64,000 nt of DNA from Hydrolagus colliei (lineage: Eukaryota): assembly GCA_035084275.1 (NCBI GenBank), contig CM068755.1, forward strand, positions 12,772,001-12,836,000, read 5' to 3'. The notes below the pieces were generated by a model. It was given only the letters and a program-made list of their open reading frames with translations. It was not told where the DNA came from and searched no databases. Position numbers and translations under genes: made by a program. This document shows, piece by piece, positions 51,052-63,510 of the stretch. The first letter of the stretch is position 1. Each line of letters begins with the position of its first letter.

Positions 51052-51110
51052 AGCTTTGAGACATCTCGAAGACATGATAAGGTGCTATATCAAATGTAAG
51101 GATCATTATT
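51052..51110 (+). mobile_element. 3' tail fragment of the (ATT)n SINE
   Basis: GCTTTGAGACATCTCGAAGACATGATAAGGTGCTATATCAAATGTAAGGATCATTATT. Confidence 0.75.
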
Positions 51111-51164
51111 GCACAAACAGTAACTTGACTTCCATACAGGCATTATTATTTGTTCCATGTAAAT

Positions 51165-51440
51165 GGGGTGGGTTCAAGCCACACTTGAACTGATAGTGTA
51201 GGCTGATTGTCTAGTACCACTATGAGAAAAAGCACAGCAGGATTTTGCCTGAGGAGCCAGCTTATCAGTTGACATCTGAGATCCTGTCTGTCTATGGATA
51301 TTAATGATCCAATGACATTATCTGAAAAGAGAATGAAGTTTCTCCCAGGGCTTTTGCCAACAATCCTGCGGATAAAATGTTCATTCACCATGTGGCTATA
51401 TTTTGGGACACAGCAAACAGGTGGCATTTTTGCCATGTAA
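51165..51440 (+). mobile_element. diverged SacSINE1-like Deu-domain SINE fragment
   Basis: GTGGGTTCAAGCCACAC...TAGGCTGA...CTGAGATCCTGTCTGTC.ATGGATATTAATGATCCAATGACATTATCTGAAAAGAG...TTCTCCCAGGG..TTTGCCAACA. Confidence 0.65.
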
Positions 51441-52267
51441 GAAAAGCTATTACAGTTAATATTTACCTGTGAAACCCTATGCAAAAAAAATTCAACAAGG
51501 TATTCCAAGATACATACACAGACACTTTCTTGTATCTATATCCAACATGCCCACATTCAGAATAATCTTTTAACAGCAGTAGGATTTGTGGCATGTATTG
51601 TACATGTTATGCACCGATGACCATGCCTTCAGCCACTAACCCCTTAACCTCTTTATCTATCTTTAAATCCCACTTTAAGACCTTCCCCTTAACCGCACCT
51701 GTTGTCACCTCCCCATGGCCTCTTGCGTAAGAGATTCACTGATATATTAAATGTATACATCATGGCTTGTGCACTGGAGGCAAAAGCGTTGTTGAATGTG
51801 ATTTTCAAAGCAAAGGTAGGTTGACTGGAAAGCTGCTGATGGAATTTCATTCCCATTAGCACTGGGCAACAGTGCAATAACATCAAGGTACTACATTGAT
51901 GTCCCAGGAGATAACTGGCATTTAATAACATAGGAAATGCATGGATTGAGTGGTGACTTGTGCGCGTCTGAACAGTTTACATGGCACAGTTTGCCATTGA
52001 GTGTAAATTGTACCATTTTGTTCCTTCTACTGTAAACAGGGCTTTAGAAAAAGATTGCAGGATCATTGGCAATTAATGCCAATTTCATTCAAGAGTTTTA
52101 GTATGGCTCCTTGTTCACAGGAAGCCAGATTGGCACACCAAGTCTAATTTCACATGGGACCTGTAGCAGCATTAGATGAGAGAGGCATTCATACCTTCTG
52201 CCTGAGCTGAATTTGAATCCAAGTCCCAAAGGATAATATAGAAACAGAGCTCACTTCACTCTTGCAA

Positions 52268-52342
52268 ACTTGCTCTCTCTATATATATATATGTATACAG
52301 TATATATATCTATACTATATCTATACTATAGATATATATATA
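52268..52342. repeat. degenerate (TA)n / TATATC low-complexity tract
   Basis: CTCTCTCTATATATATATATGTATACAGTATATATATCTATACTATATCTATACTATAGATATATATATA. Confidence 0.8.
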
Positions 52343-55300
52343 TGATACCACACTGTGGATTGGGAGATATCTCGTTTGAACACATGTCTATAGTGCAAAG
52401 ACCAGCTCGCTAGGGCAGAATTCAGACCTCTTTCAAAGAGAATGGAGGAGAACAACGTTTGCCCCCACCCCCCTCCCTTACCAAATGTTTTAATGCTCTC
52501 ATATTCAATGAAGTCAATACTTTGATAAATCGTGTGTTATGTTTTTCCTATGGTTTCCATGTCATAAATTGTGAAATGTCCATATGTGAGGCACAGATGT
52601 TAAAAAAAATATAACTGCCTCCTGAGTGATCATCTGCCACACCACGGCAAATCACCCCTCTGGGTTTCCTAAAGTTTCAATGATTTTACAAATGTTTTGT
52701 TTTAAAGGGGGGGTCTGATTTCACAAGAAGGCACTTGGCATTCGCTGTTCATTTGGGGTGGGCATGATGTGAGGGCATGTAGAGACTTAAAATCAGGGAA
52801 TAGAGAGGATAAAGATCAGGGCATCTCTGCACTTGCAAATACACTAAACATTACAGAGACTTTGTGAAGTTCTTTGAGAGTTTTGATGTTTAAAGGCACT
52901 ATACCCAAATCAACAAGAATTAATTATTATCATTATTATTTTAATGATGGTGTGTTCAAGTGGTGTGATGATGTGTTCGAAATGGATTTTGCAAACAAAC
53001 GATAAATGATTTAGGCAAACACTTGCTCTCTAGGATCCCACTGTCTAGCATCACATCAATAGCCTCTTAAGCATTACCAGATCAGTATGAATATGATAAC
53101 CCTTTCAAAATACAAAAATATTTTTTAAAAACTCAATGAAAAAAAAACTGCTTCAAAAATCATAATTTCCTACATCCCATTGGAAATTTGGGATAAAAGG
53201 ACATTCATTAAGAACTGGAGAGCACTTTCCCATCCCCCAACTGCTTATGATATACCACCTACTTTCATGCATGCACAGACACACACACACGCACATTCCC
53301 TCAGCTTTTCAACAGCAAGTGTTTGTCAGTCATTGCAAATCCAGGCTATAAGACCTCAAGTGGCAGCACATAATTCCAGCTTCAACTAAACTTCCCAAGG
53401 TCACCAGCACATTACTGGGTCACTCATAAATAAGTCGAGTAAAGAGGTAAAAACACTCTTCCCATTCTTTCCTGTTGAGATTATTATCAACATGCATCTG
53501 GCCAGCAAAGTGATGCCTCCCTATGGTACACAAGTTCAGCAGATGCTGAACACATTGGAGCCTCACTGTTTATTTTCAATATCCAGGGAAAAGAGAAATT
53601 AACTGCATTTGATTGTTTTAGTGTCATTTTAAAGAGCTTACCAAGGCCATTAAAACACTATAACAGAAGTGAAGGCATTAATAAAACTTTCCATTAATTG
53701 GGGTCTGCAATTGATTAGAAGCGTTGCCTTAATTAGAAGAAATATTCGGATTTCCTAGTCAGTTCCATTTGCATCATATTACTTATTATAGTCTGAATGC
53801 ATTTGAAACAGAGGGCACTGTATGTGCACTCAACCAATATGTTAACGTGTTATATGCACAGCAACAAAGATCTGTGAAAAGGGTATATAATAGTTATAAG
53901 ATCCATGCAATTCGTCAAGACTTACCAGTAATAACAGTAAAGAGATCATGGCACATATTAAAGCAACTCTTAAATTATGTTCACATAAGACATAATTTAG
54001 CCATTTCTGATATGATAATATTGCCATGTAAATGCTGAAAAAGTCACACATATTACTTTAGAGTTACCATCTTACCATCTAGAGTTGATAACTCTAAAGG
54101 AACTCTGATGACCCACCACTGTTTGCTCAATACAAGTTGTAGTTTAGAATCACTGAATACAGGGGAGATGTTTTTAAAAGCCTCACATCAGGATCAAAAT
54201 GAATATTGCTCAGAACCAGAGGTGTACACAACCATAAAGGTTGTGTTACAGTGAACTGATGTTTAAATGCAAACCTTTTGTGGAGCTGCAGAATGTTTTC
54301 TTTTTTTGCAGTTGTTTTATTGGAATACCTCTCTCATTCACACACAATTAAAATACTTTTTAAGAAAAATCCAAGTACAGTACCTGTAATACAAACTTAT
54401 ATTTCTTTACGATGTGCATAAAATGATGAACTTTCTTCGAACACACTGTTAAAAGTAACCTTGACATGCTAAAGGTCCTGTCACACAATGTAATATGCCT
54501 TTGGATTTAAGATTCTAAAATTAGCAATACCCTTTGTTTAATGTCACACAGAACTTTGTTCTCAATAGGAAATCAGAAGCTGTTGTAGCAATTTGTTTGT
54601 TTGGCACAAAAGGAAAAGAGAAACCTTTTCTTGTGTATATTATACTTGATAAGTGTTGCATCCTTGTAATTCACTTCGACTATTCCCTTCTACATGAATA
54701 TGAGACGAGAGGCTCTATTCATTATGTTTTCCAGGGCCTGCAAACATTTAGCTGTAAACTTTGAGCAAAGCAGCTGTAAAAGCAGTTTGTATTTCTGGAC
54801 TACTTGGTGGTAATACAGGAATGAAATTCTTGTGCATCAAGTTAGCATTACCTATTTGGGGGTAAGAGGAGTTCATGGATTCGTAGACCTTACTGAATAC
54901 CAACGATGTAAAACAATACAAATTGCAAGACAGTGACATGAAGCGTCAGCTGATTCACAGTAAAGTGGGATCTTTTGTGCAAAGGGGCGGATTTGTCCCC
55001 TGCTGGTATTTGCTGAACTTTGAGATTTCCAAAGTGGCACTTTTGTAGGAAAAATAAGATATCAGGAACTTCAGTCTTCTTCTTAACAGAATTGAAAACA
55101 GAATGGGGGTAACATTTGTGGCGTTTCGTAATGAATTTGATGGATTATCTCATCGGATGTGTGATGGATGAACTGCCGCAAATTTCGGAAGTTGTTTTAT
55201 TGTTGACCGGTTTTGAGACAAAAGTTTCACTTTTCTCTCTGCTTTTTTACCCTTTGAAGTGCTTAAAAAGATCTGGCTTTGAAATGAACAATTCTCCACA

Positions 55301-56092
55301 ATTCTGTATAATCTTATGAAACATCTGATACTGCTGGGTGGTGGACCCTGCACAGAATTGCACTTTATGGTTCTAAAACTTGCCTTGTGTTGATAAAGCC
55401 CTTGGTCGCTTTGCTAATCTGGCAGGCGAGGTTTAGATCAGGATTTCTACAAACTGCTGGCTAGTTTGAAAATCTTCATCTCGTATACATTCATTCAGAA
55501 ATTCAATCCATACAAAAACAACAGCAGCAGATGTTAAACAAACAATGGCATTTTCTCCCCCCGCAAAACGATTCAGTTTCTGAAATGCACTTCTTTTCGT
55601 CGCTAAGTGAAACTTGGCAGTGGATTAGATGTATTTAGTGAGCGTTCGAAATTCTACCACTGCGAAACATTTCACGTTCCGATCAGTATTTTGTACTTAA
55701 GTGTTATGGCCGGGTCATGAACTAAAGGGATTGGAGCACGGCTTGATACATTTGAATTCTGTGCTAAGGTCAGAATTATGTTTGGGTCAGGTGTGTATTT
55801 ATTCAGAGTCGATTGCAATAAGTGCACAGGATGGCTGAAAATCCCCCACGGTTGTATTAAATTCTGGTTTAACATGCGTGCAGATCTGCTTAAGCTTCCA
55901 CAATAGTTTACTGATTAGTGGCTCAACAAAAATTCCTCAAAGCTTCCTGCAATTCAGCCTGTGTTTGGAAGGGGTGAGGGCAGCAAACCGTGAAATATTA
56001 GGGAACTGAAGTCCAAGCCTGCAACTGGAAGGCATTTCAGCCTTTCAGTCAGGAGCTTGACAGGGTATTCTTTCTATCAGAATGATGTACAA

Positions 56093-56141
56093 GAACAACA
56101 AAATTGCATTTATAGAGACGCCTTTCACGTCGGGAGGACGT
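56093..56141 (-). mobile_element. L2 3' tail fragment
   Basis: AACAACAAAATTGCATTTATAGAGACGCCTTTCACGTCGGGAGGACGT, nearly identical to 37070-37114. Confidence 0.8.
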
Positions 56142-56223
56142 ACATGTGCATTGAAGTGTTAGTTTTACAAATGTACCTTAAGAGTATGTCAGCTTTCTAC
56201 ATTCACAAAAAGTCCCAAACCAC

Positions 56224-56283
56224 TGGGACATCTTCCTGACGTGAAAGGCGCTAGACAAGTGTAATGTTGTGGTTGTTGTTGTT
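56224..56283 (+). mobile_element. L2 3' tail fragment
   Basis: TGGGACATCTTCCTGACGTGAAAGGCGCTAGACAAGTGTAATGTTGTG(GTT)n. Confidence 0.8.
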
Positions 56284-56694
56284 ATGGTTAATCTCATTCT
56301 TTTATTCAGGTGTTCTATGAGTTTTAAAATGTATCTAAACTATGAAACTGATGAACAAGATTATGAGCATATCATGCATACTACTTAACCAGGGAGAATG
56401 GGTTATTACTTGCACCCGTTCACTTGCAAACAAATGATGTATAGAGATTTGGAAAACTAGGCCAAAATAGACCTATAAATAAAAACAATGTATGTACAAT
56501 GCAAATTCTCCATTCTAACTCATTGCTGATATGAAGAAAGGCTTACGTGGGAGGTTGGTTGGTTATAGGTCCTTGACCCTTGTGGGTACATACAATTCCA
56601 CATCTATAGGAACCCTTGGGCCTAGACTGGTTACTCTTCAGTTCCAGCTTCTGATAAACTAACCAATACGTGCTCACCCAAGCTGATTTGGCCT

Positions 56695-56713
56695 CTACTG
56701 CCCTCTGGTGCCC
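56695..56713 (-). promoter_or_regulatory. candidate CTCF site
   Basis: Minus strand GGGCACCAGAGGGCAGTAG against the consensus GGCCACCAGGGGGCAGTA/GCTA. This is a motif match only. Confidence 0.4.
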
Positions 56714-59700
56714 TCGGCATCGCTCTTTGTTAATCCTTCAGCCCTTTAAAGGTCTTTATTGAGTCTCCACAGGAGCATTGGGCAGTTGAATTGCACAAGA
56801 GCTGTATTTTATATTTAGAGCCGCAGATTTAGACCTGTTGCCAGCTGATCTGTTAATCGTAACTTCCATCTGAATTCATTAACCTTTAATTTGACCCAAG
56901 ATCCTTGGAAGAAAGGGCATGCTTGCCAGAAGTTACAGGCAGAGATGTTATCAGGGCTTAAAAATCATTGCCTGTGCATAAGATCAAAGAGAACCCCAAA
57001 CCCTTACACTGGTGATTAACGTTAATTAAATTAAATAAGTGCTATTTAGACTTCATTATGGGCTGGGAGAGAGAGAAAAAAAAGTTCTTGAAGTAAAGCA
57101 GCAAAATGGTTCAGAATTTGTAATTGTAAGTACACTCAGCATTGGGAATATTTTCATGATTTCTTGCAGCATTTCTTGCCCCCCCCAAATTGTTCTTAAA
57201 AATGTGTAAAGTCCACAGCAATCTGCTATGTTTTGAAAGGCATGAAGACATGAGACATGAAGTCCAGGCAATAAAACAAAAGATTCAAACATGAAATATT
57301 TAGTTGCTTACAATGTAAAGATTTTTTTGTGTTAATATTTATTAAAACTAGAATATGGCTAAGATGTTAAAAATGTAAGCAATATGATATGGCGATATTA
57401 ATGAAGAGTGGAGCACAGGCTGATGGGCAAAATGCAAATAGACTTGTGAATATGTTGTAGGTTTGATCAAGCATTTATACATTGTACATATATGTAATTT
57501 GTATTTGCTGCACAGGGGAAAGAAACTTTCAGTCAGTCACAGCCCCATCTGCACAACCAGAACATGAATATGCATGAAAGTAGATATGACATTGCTCGGT
57601 CCATTAATAATCTTGTCATCTGACTTGTGCTAAGTTTCAGCTCCTTGTCTCCGTTGTACTCGTTCGGCAAGTGACAAGTGCAAAAGAAAAAGGCCGTGTT
57701 TTCATTGGGATTAAGTGGCTGAAAATTTGGCTGGATTTTAGGAAATGGGAAGAAGGCAGCAATGAATGTAGTCTTGTTGCAAAGCAGAAACCAGTGGGTG
57801 TAATGGTATGTGCACTGACCTTGAGGAGTGACTGTGGGTAGCCTGCTTTCGTAGGTAGCAGTTGCACAGAGGTTTGGGTTACAGTCTCTCCAGTCATCCA
57901 TCATCTAAGCCTATTCTCCTCTTTGACAGCTTAGTACAAGGCCTGACATTTGACACCAAGACCCCAGGAGCAGTCCCAACTGGGGCCCAGGGATTTTGAA
58001 AAAAAATAGGAGAATGTGTAGGATGAACTATTAAAAAAAATCCTCATATTAAATAAAAGGCAACAACATTTAAAATCTAAAACTGTGTTTGTAGCCACAT
58101 TTAATTCTAAAGGGAAACATAATTGAATTCACGTGGAACTGTGTTTGGTAGAAGCAGAGAATAGTGGAACTCTCTCAGCTTGACACCACTAGCCAACGTA
58201 TTTTCTGGTTTCACAATGACAAGTGATATCCTCCTTTTTAATATTCTGGGGTAAGATGAAGAATTTGCATGCTTGAATAAAGAGAAGAGTCAAACACAAA
58301 AGGAGAGCCAATGCAAAGTTTTTTTAAAAAAAGCAGGGGGGGCTTGACAATTAACACATCTCAATAGCCTTACATCAAGAAAGATAGCGAGACGTAGACA
58401 GAGAAACAGAAAGAGAGGGGGCTGTCCACAGCCCAGTGGTATGTCTGGTTGATTTTATTAGAGATTTTTCTTCAGCACTTTCACGGATTGACATCGGGGA
58501 GGAATTCACATGTCGAGACAGATAACATCTTACTGCTGGCAAAAGAGTCTATTCAGACTTGTATGTTAGTTCGTTGATAACTTATTCGGCATTGCCTGGG
58601 AATGAAAGATAGACATTTCTCCTTTTATCTCCATACACTTGCTCCCTGCATACTAAAACCTACAGTGACAGAGATACATCTTGTCAAGCCAACACATAGG
58701 AGAGCATGCTCACAATCTGTGTAACTGAAACCCAGGATCTTTAAAGGTGATGTTCAGAACTGGACACATTCTTTTGTGAACAATAAATGTGGGCTCCATT
58801 ATTTTCAAAAACTAAATAGGGTTTTAGTGGAGAGATGTTTACTGAATGTTAATTAAAGATCTATGCACTATTACATCCAGAGGACGTCATACATTGGATT
58901 ATTTACTGCCAGGACAGTGGACTATGGTATTTGACTAGGTATTGTGGTTATATAAAAGTGGAGAAGCTAACTCACACTCATTAGACACTAAAGTAACCAA
59001 GGGTTTAACGCTCTGTAAGGACAATCACTTCACATGTATGAAAATTTTTACGAATTCTATGTTAGTTCACAATAAGGTACAGAGTGTATTCATATATATT
59101 TTGAATTAAATTAGTCCAACTGCTATAAAATGTTTACTATGGTTTATTAAATTCATAAATATCTATTTTCTAACTTTTTTTCTGCAGGCACTGAGAACTA
59201 ATTTGTCAATGAAATCAAGTCATGTTCCTGTCATAAATTTTGTTACACAAATATCTGCTAATTCTTATTGTACATTCGAACGTGTTGCTTCGTTGTGAAT
59301 GATTGCAAAGACAATCAATAACAGAACTTTTATTTATGAATGAATCATTATAGCAATCAAGTCCTCACAATACCAGTACTGTGTTAAATATTCTTCCCAT
59401 AAAGAAGATAAGCCATGGTTTGTGACAGTTTCTAACCACATAACTCTATGAAATAATTTGCATCAAGCATTCTATTGTGTTCCAAACACTGTCATTGTTT
59501 GGCTTGTGGCTGTTGCTGGCATGACATGCAGCTCTTCTGTTGTCATATCATCAACTCGTCCCTGAGTGTGTTGGAGTCAATCCTCTCTGCTACATCTACC
59601 GAACTCCCACCCTACATGCCACACCCTAACACCTTTTACAATGGTTGTGCCCAGAAGTGTGTATTACAGACTTCATAGGCTGATCTTAGTGATATTTCAC

Positions 59701-62098
59701 AACCAATGCAGTCAAGTTCAGAGACTATGTAGGAAACAAAGGACAGAATGCCACACCTTTCACATGTCCAATTGGCAAGAGCTTCTTGTTAAGTTGTCTA
59801 TAGTGTTGCTGCAGTTACAGTCTTTACATAGCACAATGGAGACAAGAAAAATATATATTTTGTAAACACTGATGCATTGAGATGTTCTTAATTTAAACAT
59901 TTTGAAACACAGACCAATTTGGATGTAGATTTTAAGGTTTTCCCTCTTGTCTGTCACATTCCTGCAGCTGAACTTACATTTGTTCATAGATTTGCACCCC
60001 CCCCCCCCCCCCACCCCTCCCGCACACAGACACACAGACAAGCATCCCATTGCTTACTTTTTGTGGGGAAAAACAAAAGTCAAATGCTTTCTTTCGAAAC
60101 AATGGCAAAAATAAATAAAAAGTTAATCATGAAACTGATGCAAATCATCCTTTATGGAAAATTTCCTTTTTTATAAGCTCCACTGTGGTAGGAGCAGACA
60201 GATGGTATTTGATTTACTTAGTACAAGAGACTTTAGTGGGCTGAACATGTGAAGTCATTATACTTTGGTTACATGCTTGCTGACATTATGTTACTTGTAA
60301 ATGGAATGGCTCCGATTACTTTTTACATGGAAATCACACTGTACTGTTATACAAGATTGCAGGTTGCATCTTGTGAGAATTATACTGTACATTGCATAGA
60401 CAAAGGGAAGATACGGACAGATCCTGTTATCCAAAACAAGTGCCAAACGAGAAATTCCACATTTTTCTACACTTCAACTATTAACATTTCATAGAGTGCA
60501 AATGTTGTCAAATTTGTGAATCCAGTTAGTTTTCTGCAGGTTGTTCTTAAAAAATATAGAACATTCACACTGAATTTAAGAATTTGCTAATAATTGAATT
60601 ATGAAGGGAACGGTGCAAGTCTAGAGCCAGGCAGATGTCCACAATCATCTACAAGAAAATAAATTCAGCTCATATTTGAACTCTGTTGGTTATAGGTAAC
60701 TGCATGTGAAATTCTGGTAAGGTTTAGGAGGACAGGTTTAGCAGGAGCATTATGACCTATCAGCACTTTGTATTAGGGTATTAGGGGATTGATAAAGACC
60801 TCTGTAGTTTTAATGAATCATTTTGAATGGATTCAATAGCTGGAACTTTGCATAACAATCCCACAATTTGATGTATTTTAAAATATAGTTCTTACAAAAA
60901 GATCATAGCAAAATGTAATCAATGTGCAACAGTGTTTATAGAAAATCAATGTGTTGTTTTATTAGCAGTATGGAGCTGCACAGAGCACTTTGTAGACAGA
61001 ACATTGGACTGAAACAAACATCACAGGAAGGTCAAATAATCTGAAGTTAAGTAGGTGAAAACACAGCCATAAAAGATAATGATACAACAACAGGCAATGA
61101 TCCCTTTATGTCATTACTGCTAAACTTGTGCAAAAATAGAACTACAAAACTCAGGGTATTGGGAATATATGCAAACCGTTGATCCAACCACTTTCATTTA
61201 TTACGTACTGATGGATGTCTCTGGCTCTGGTGATAGAATCATTTTTAATTGTGTCTGGTTTCTGAAATATTCCTTAAACAAGTGTTCATAATGTTAAACA
61301 TTCCTGACTGTAAGGAGAACAGCACTGGTTATCTGGGGCACTGGTTAATTATAGCACATTAGAAAGAATTTCTTGCTCCATCGAGTTTTTCTAAATGACA
61401 CAGAACTGCCACTGTAGTCATCACAGGAGAGAAATCCCCAAACTTGCATCTCTGCTTACTGCAGTGTGCCTTGTGGAACAATTCATCTTACGAATACTTT
61501 TTCATGAACCTTGCCACTTTAAACTGGCCATTTTTTTCAACAGAGGAAGGTCATATTTATGTGCGGAAACAACAAATGGGAGAAATACGATACTGTGATG
61601 TGACAATTATTGGTGATGTGATATTTATCCCTGATGACAATTACCATACCTCGGGTGAATGAACACACGACTGATCATATGTAAAATATTGCAGTTTCAT
61701 CTCATTTAACTGGTACAGCATGCTTGATGGTAAAGCACCATAATTTTGCAATTGACTGCCTGCCTCCCTGATATAATCTAGAGGAAGTGTTTTTTGGACA
61801 TCGTGATTCACCTTGTTGCAGTCTAAACACAGCGGGTGCTGATGTCCCCTGCCTTGCTCCCTGTGGTACGTTGGATGCTCTTTGGTAGCCTAATTGAACT
61901 GCCCAGGACCTCTGACCTTACCATTTTATATATGTCATCAAAAAGGCAATTTTGCTCTCAGTGACAATATTAGCAAACACCTGCTTACTTCACATGTGCC
62001 AAGTGATGCATGTGCAGAAGCTGAATGTACTTACGCGTTTGCTTTCTCTAGATCCACTTCAATGCGACATAAATGAAGAATAAGGATAACAACACTAG

Positions 62099-62523
62099 AA
62101 TAATCCTTGCATTTGATGTAGTGGCTTTTCACATCGTCAAGATGTCTCAACTCACTTCATAGGATTTTATCTTCAAGTATAGTTACCATGTACCTTGTAG
62201 GCAAACATAACCGCCAAGTTGCACACATCAATGACCCACAAACGGTCATGAAGTGAATCGCCAATTTTATTTGTGAGTTTGTTGTGACTATTATTTTCAA
62301 ATAGTGCCATACAATCTTCAACATCCAATGAACAGACAGATGGGGCTGGCCTTGATTTAACAATTTAACTACTCATTGTCGGACAATGTAGGACATCCCC
62401 AATATTACATTGGAGTGTAATTTTAGATTGTGACGTTAAAGAGCTCAAGAGAGGTTTGAACCCCTAGCCTTTTGACTCACAGGTGTGAGTAAGGATTACC
62501 AACCTACCAATTGAGCCAGGCTA
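62099..62523 (-). mobile_element. near full-length diverged SacSINE1-like Deu-domain SINE
   Basis: Tail AATAATCCTTGCATTTGAT; Deu motifs TTCAAATAGTGCCAT..ATCTT.AACATCCA.TGAACAG.CAGATGGGGC; head TTGAACCC..AGCCTTTTGACTCACAGG...CTACCAATTGAGCCAGGCT. Confidence 0.82.
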
Positions 62524-62774
62524 GTACCTTTTAAGAAAAAGCTGGACCTCTCATTCCAGTGTGCTATAGTGCCGGGAGCAAAGTGACTTTGCTGCTAGCA
62601 CAATTTGCACAGCATGATGAAATGATGATATCTCAGAGCATAACTGATGTTGAAGGAAAGACAGCTATTAACTTCCATTTCATGGTATTTTTCACTAAAG
62701 TGTTTCTGTCACCCAGGAATAGAATCAACTCTCGGTTTCCTTTTTGGCCAATTTGGCAAAAATAATACATATCT

Positions 62775-62940
62775 GTGCAAATGAGCCAATGCAATCCAGG
62801 AATATCCTAGTGTCACCCCCCAGTGTATCCACACTGTATTCAGTGTTGTGATCTCAGCTAAGATGGCAGAATGGGTGTTAAAAATTGTCCTCTGTGGTCC
62901 TGATTAGACGAAAAAATGAGCTATGGCCTCCCACTAGTAC
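62775..62940 (+). mobile_element. old SINE-like repeat fragment (family of 4355 and 14690)
   Basis: TGATCTCAGCTAAGATGGCAG..TGGGTGTTAAAAATTGTCCTCTGTG..CCTG..TAG...AAAA.GAGCTATGG. Confidence 0.45.
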
Positions 62941-63221
62941 TTGAAAGAGCACTCACTTTCAGCTTCACTGAGGCAATCCAAAATAATTTATATAGCCCCT
63001 TTTCATGTCCCGTAGCACTCAAAGGCAAGCAGAGCAACATGACACAGGTTTGGGGTTGCAAAAGGATATTTTGGAAATATTTCTTTACCCAGAAGGTAAT
63101 TTGTGACTAGAAGAAGACATCAGAAATTATGGTTGAGGCAAGGACGAAAATTGTTAAAGTCAACACCTTGGTGCTGTGATGCGAGGATGAGAGATGGGGT
63201 ATTCTGAAGTGATGAGATCAA

Positions 63222-63510
63222 ACCAACACCCTGCTTGTCAGCCTCCCCAATTCCTCCCTCCATAGGCTGCAGATCATCCAGAACTCGGTAGCCCATGTTC
63301 TGTCCCACATCAAACTCCATGACCCTATCATCCCCATTCTCACCCAACACCACTGGCTTCCCAACATTCAGAGGATTCAATTGAAGATCCTGGTCCTTCA
63401 GAGCCCCCCTTGGCCTTGCACCACTCTACATTTGTGACCTCCTAACCCCTCTACCAACCGGTCCATTCCTTCTGCTCAACTGCTCCACATCAACTGATCT
63501 ACCGACCGTA
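63222..63510 (+). pseudogene. older L2 ORF2 fragment
   Basis: The plus frame TNTLLVSLPNSSLHRLQIIQNSVAHVLSHIKLHDPIIPILTQHHWLPNIQRIQLKILVL aligns without gaps to GNSLLVGLPSSSIHRLQAIQNSAAHVLSRTRLRDHITPTLARLHWLPILQRIEFKILVL of the 37-kb L2. It decays downstream. Confidence 0.88.
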
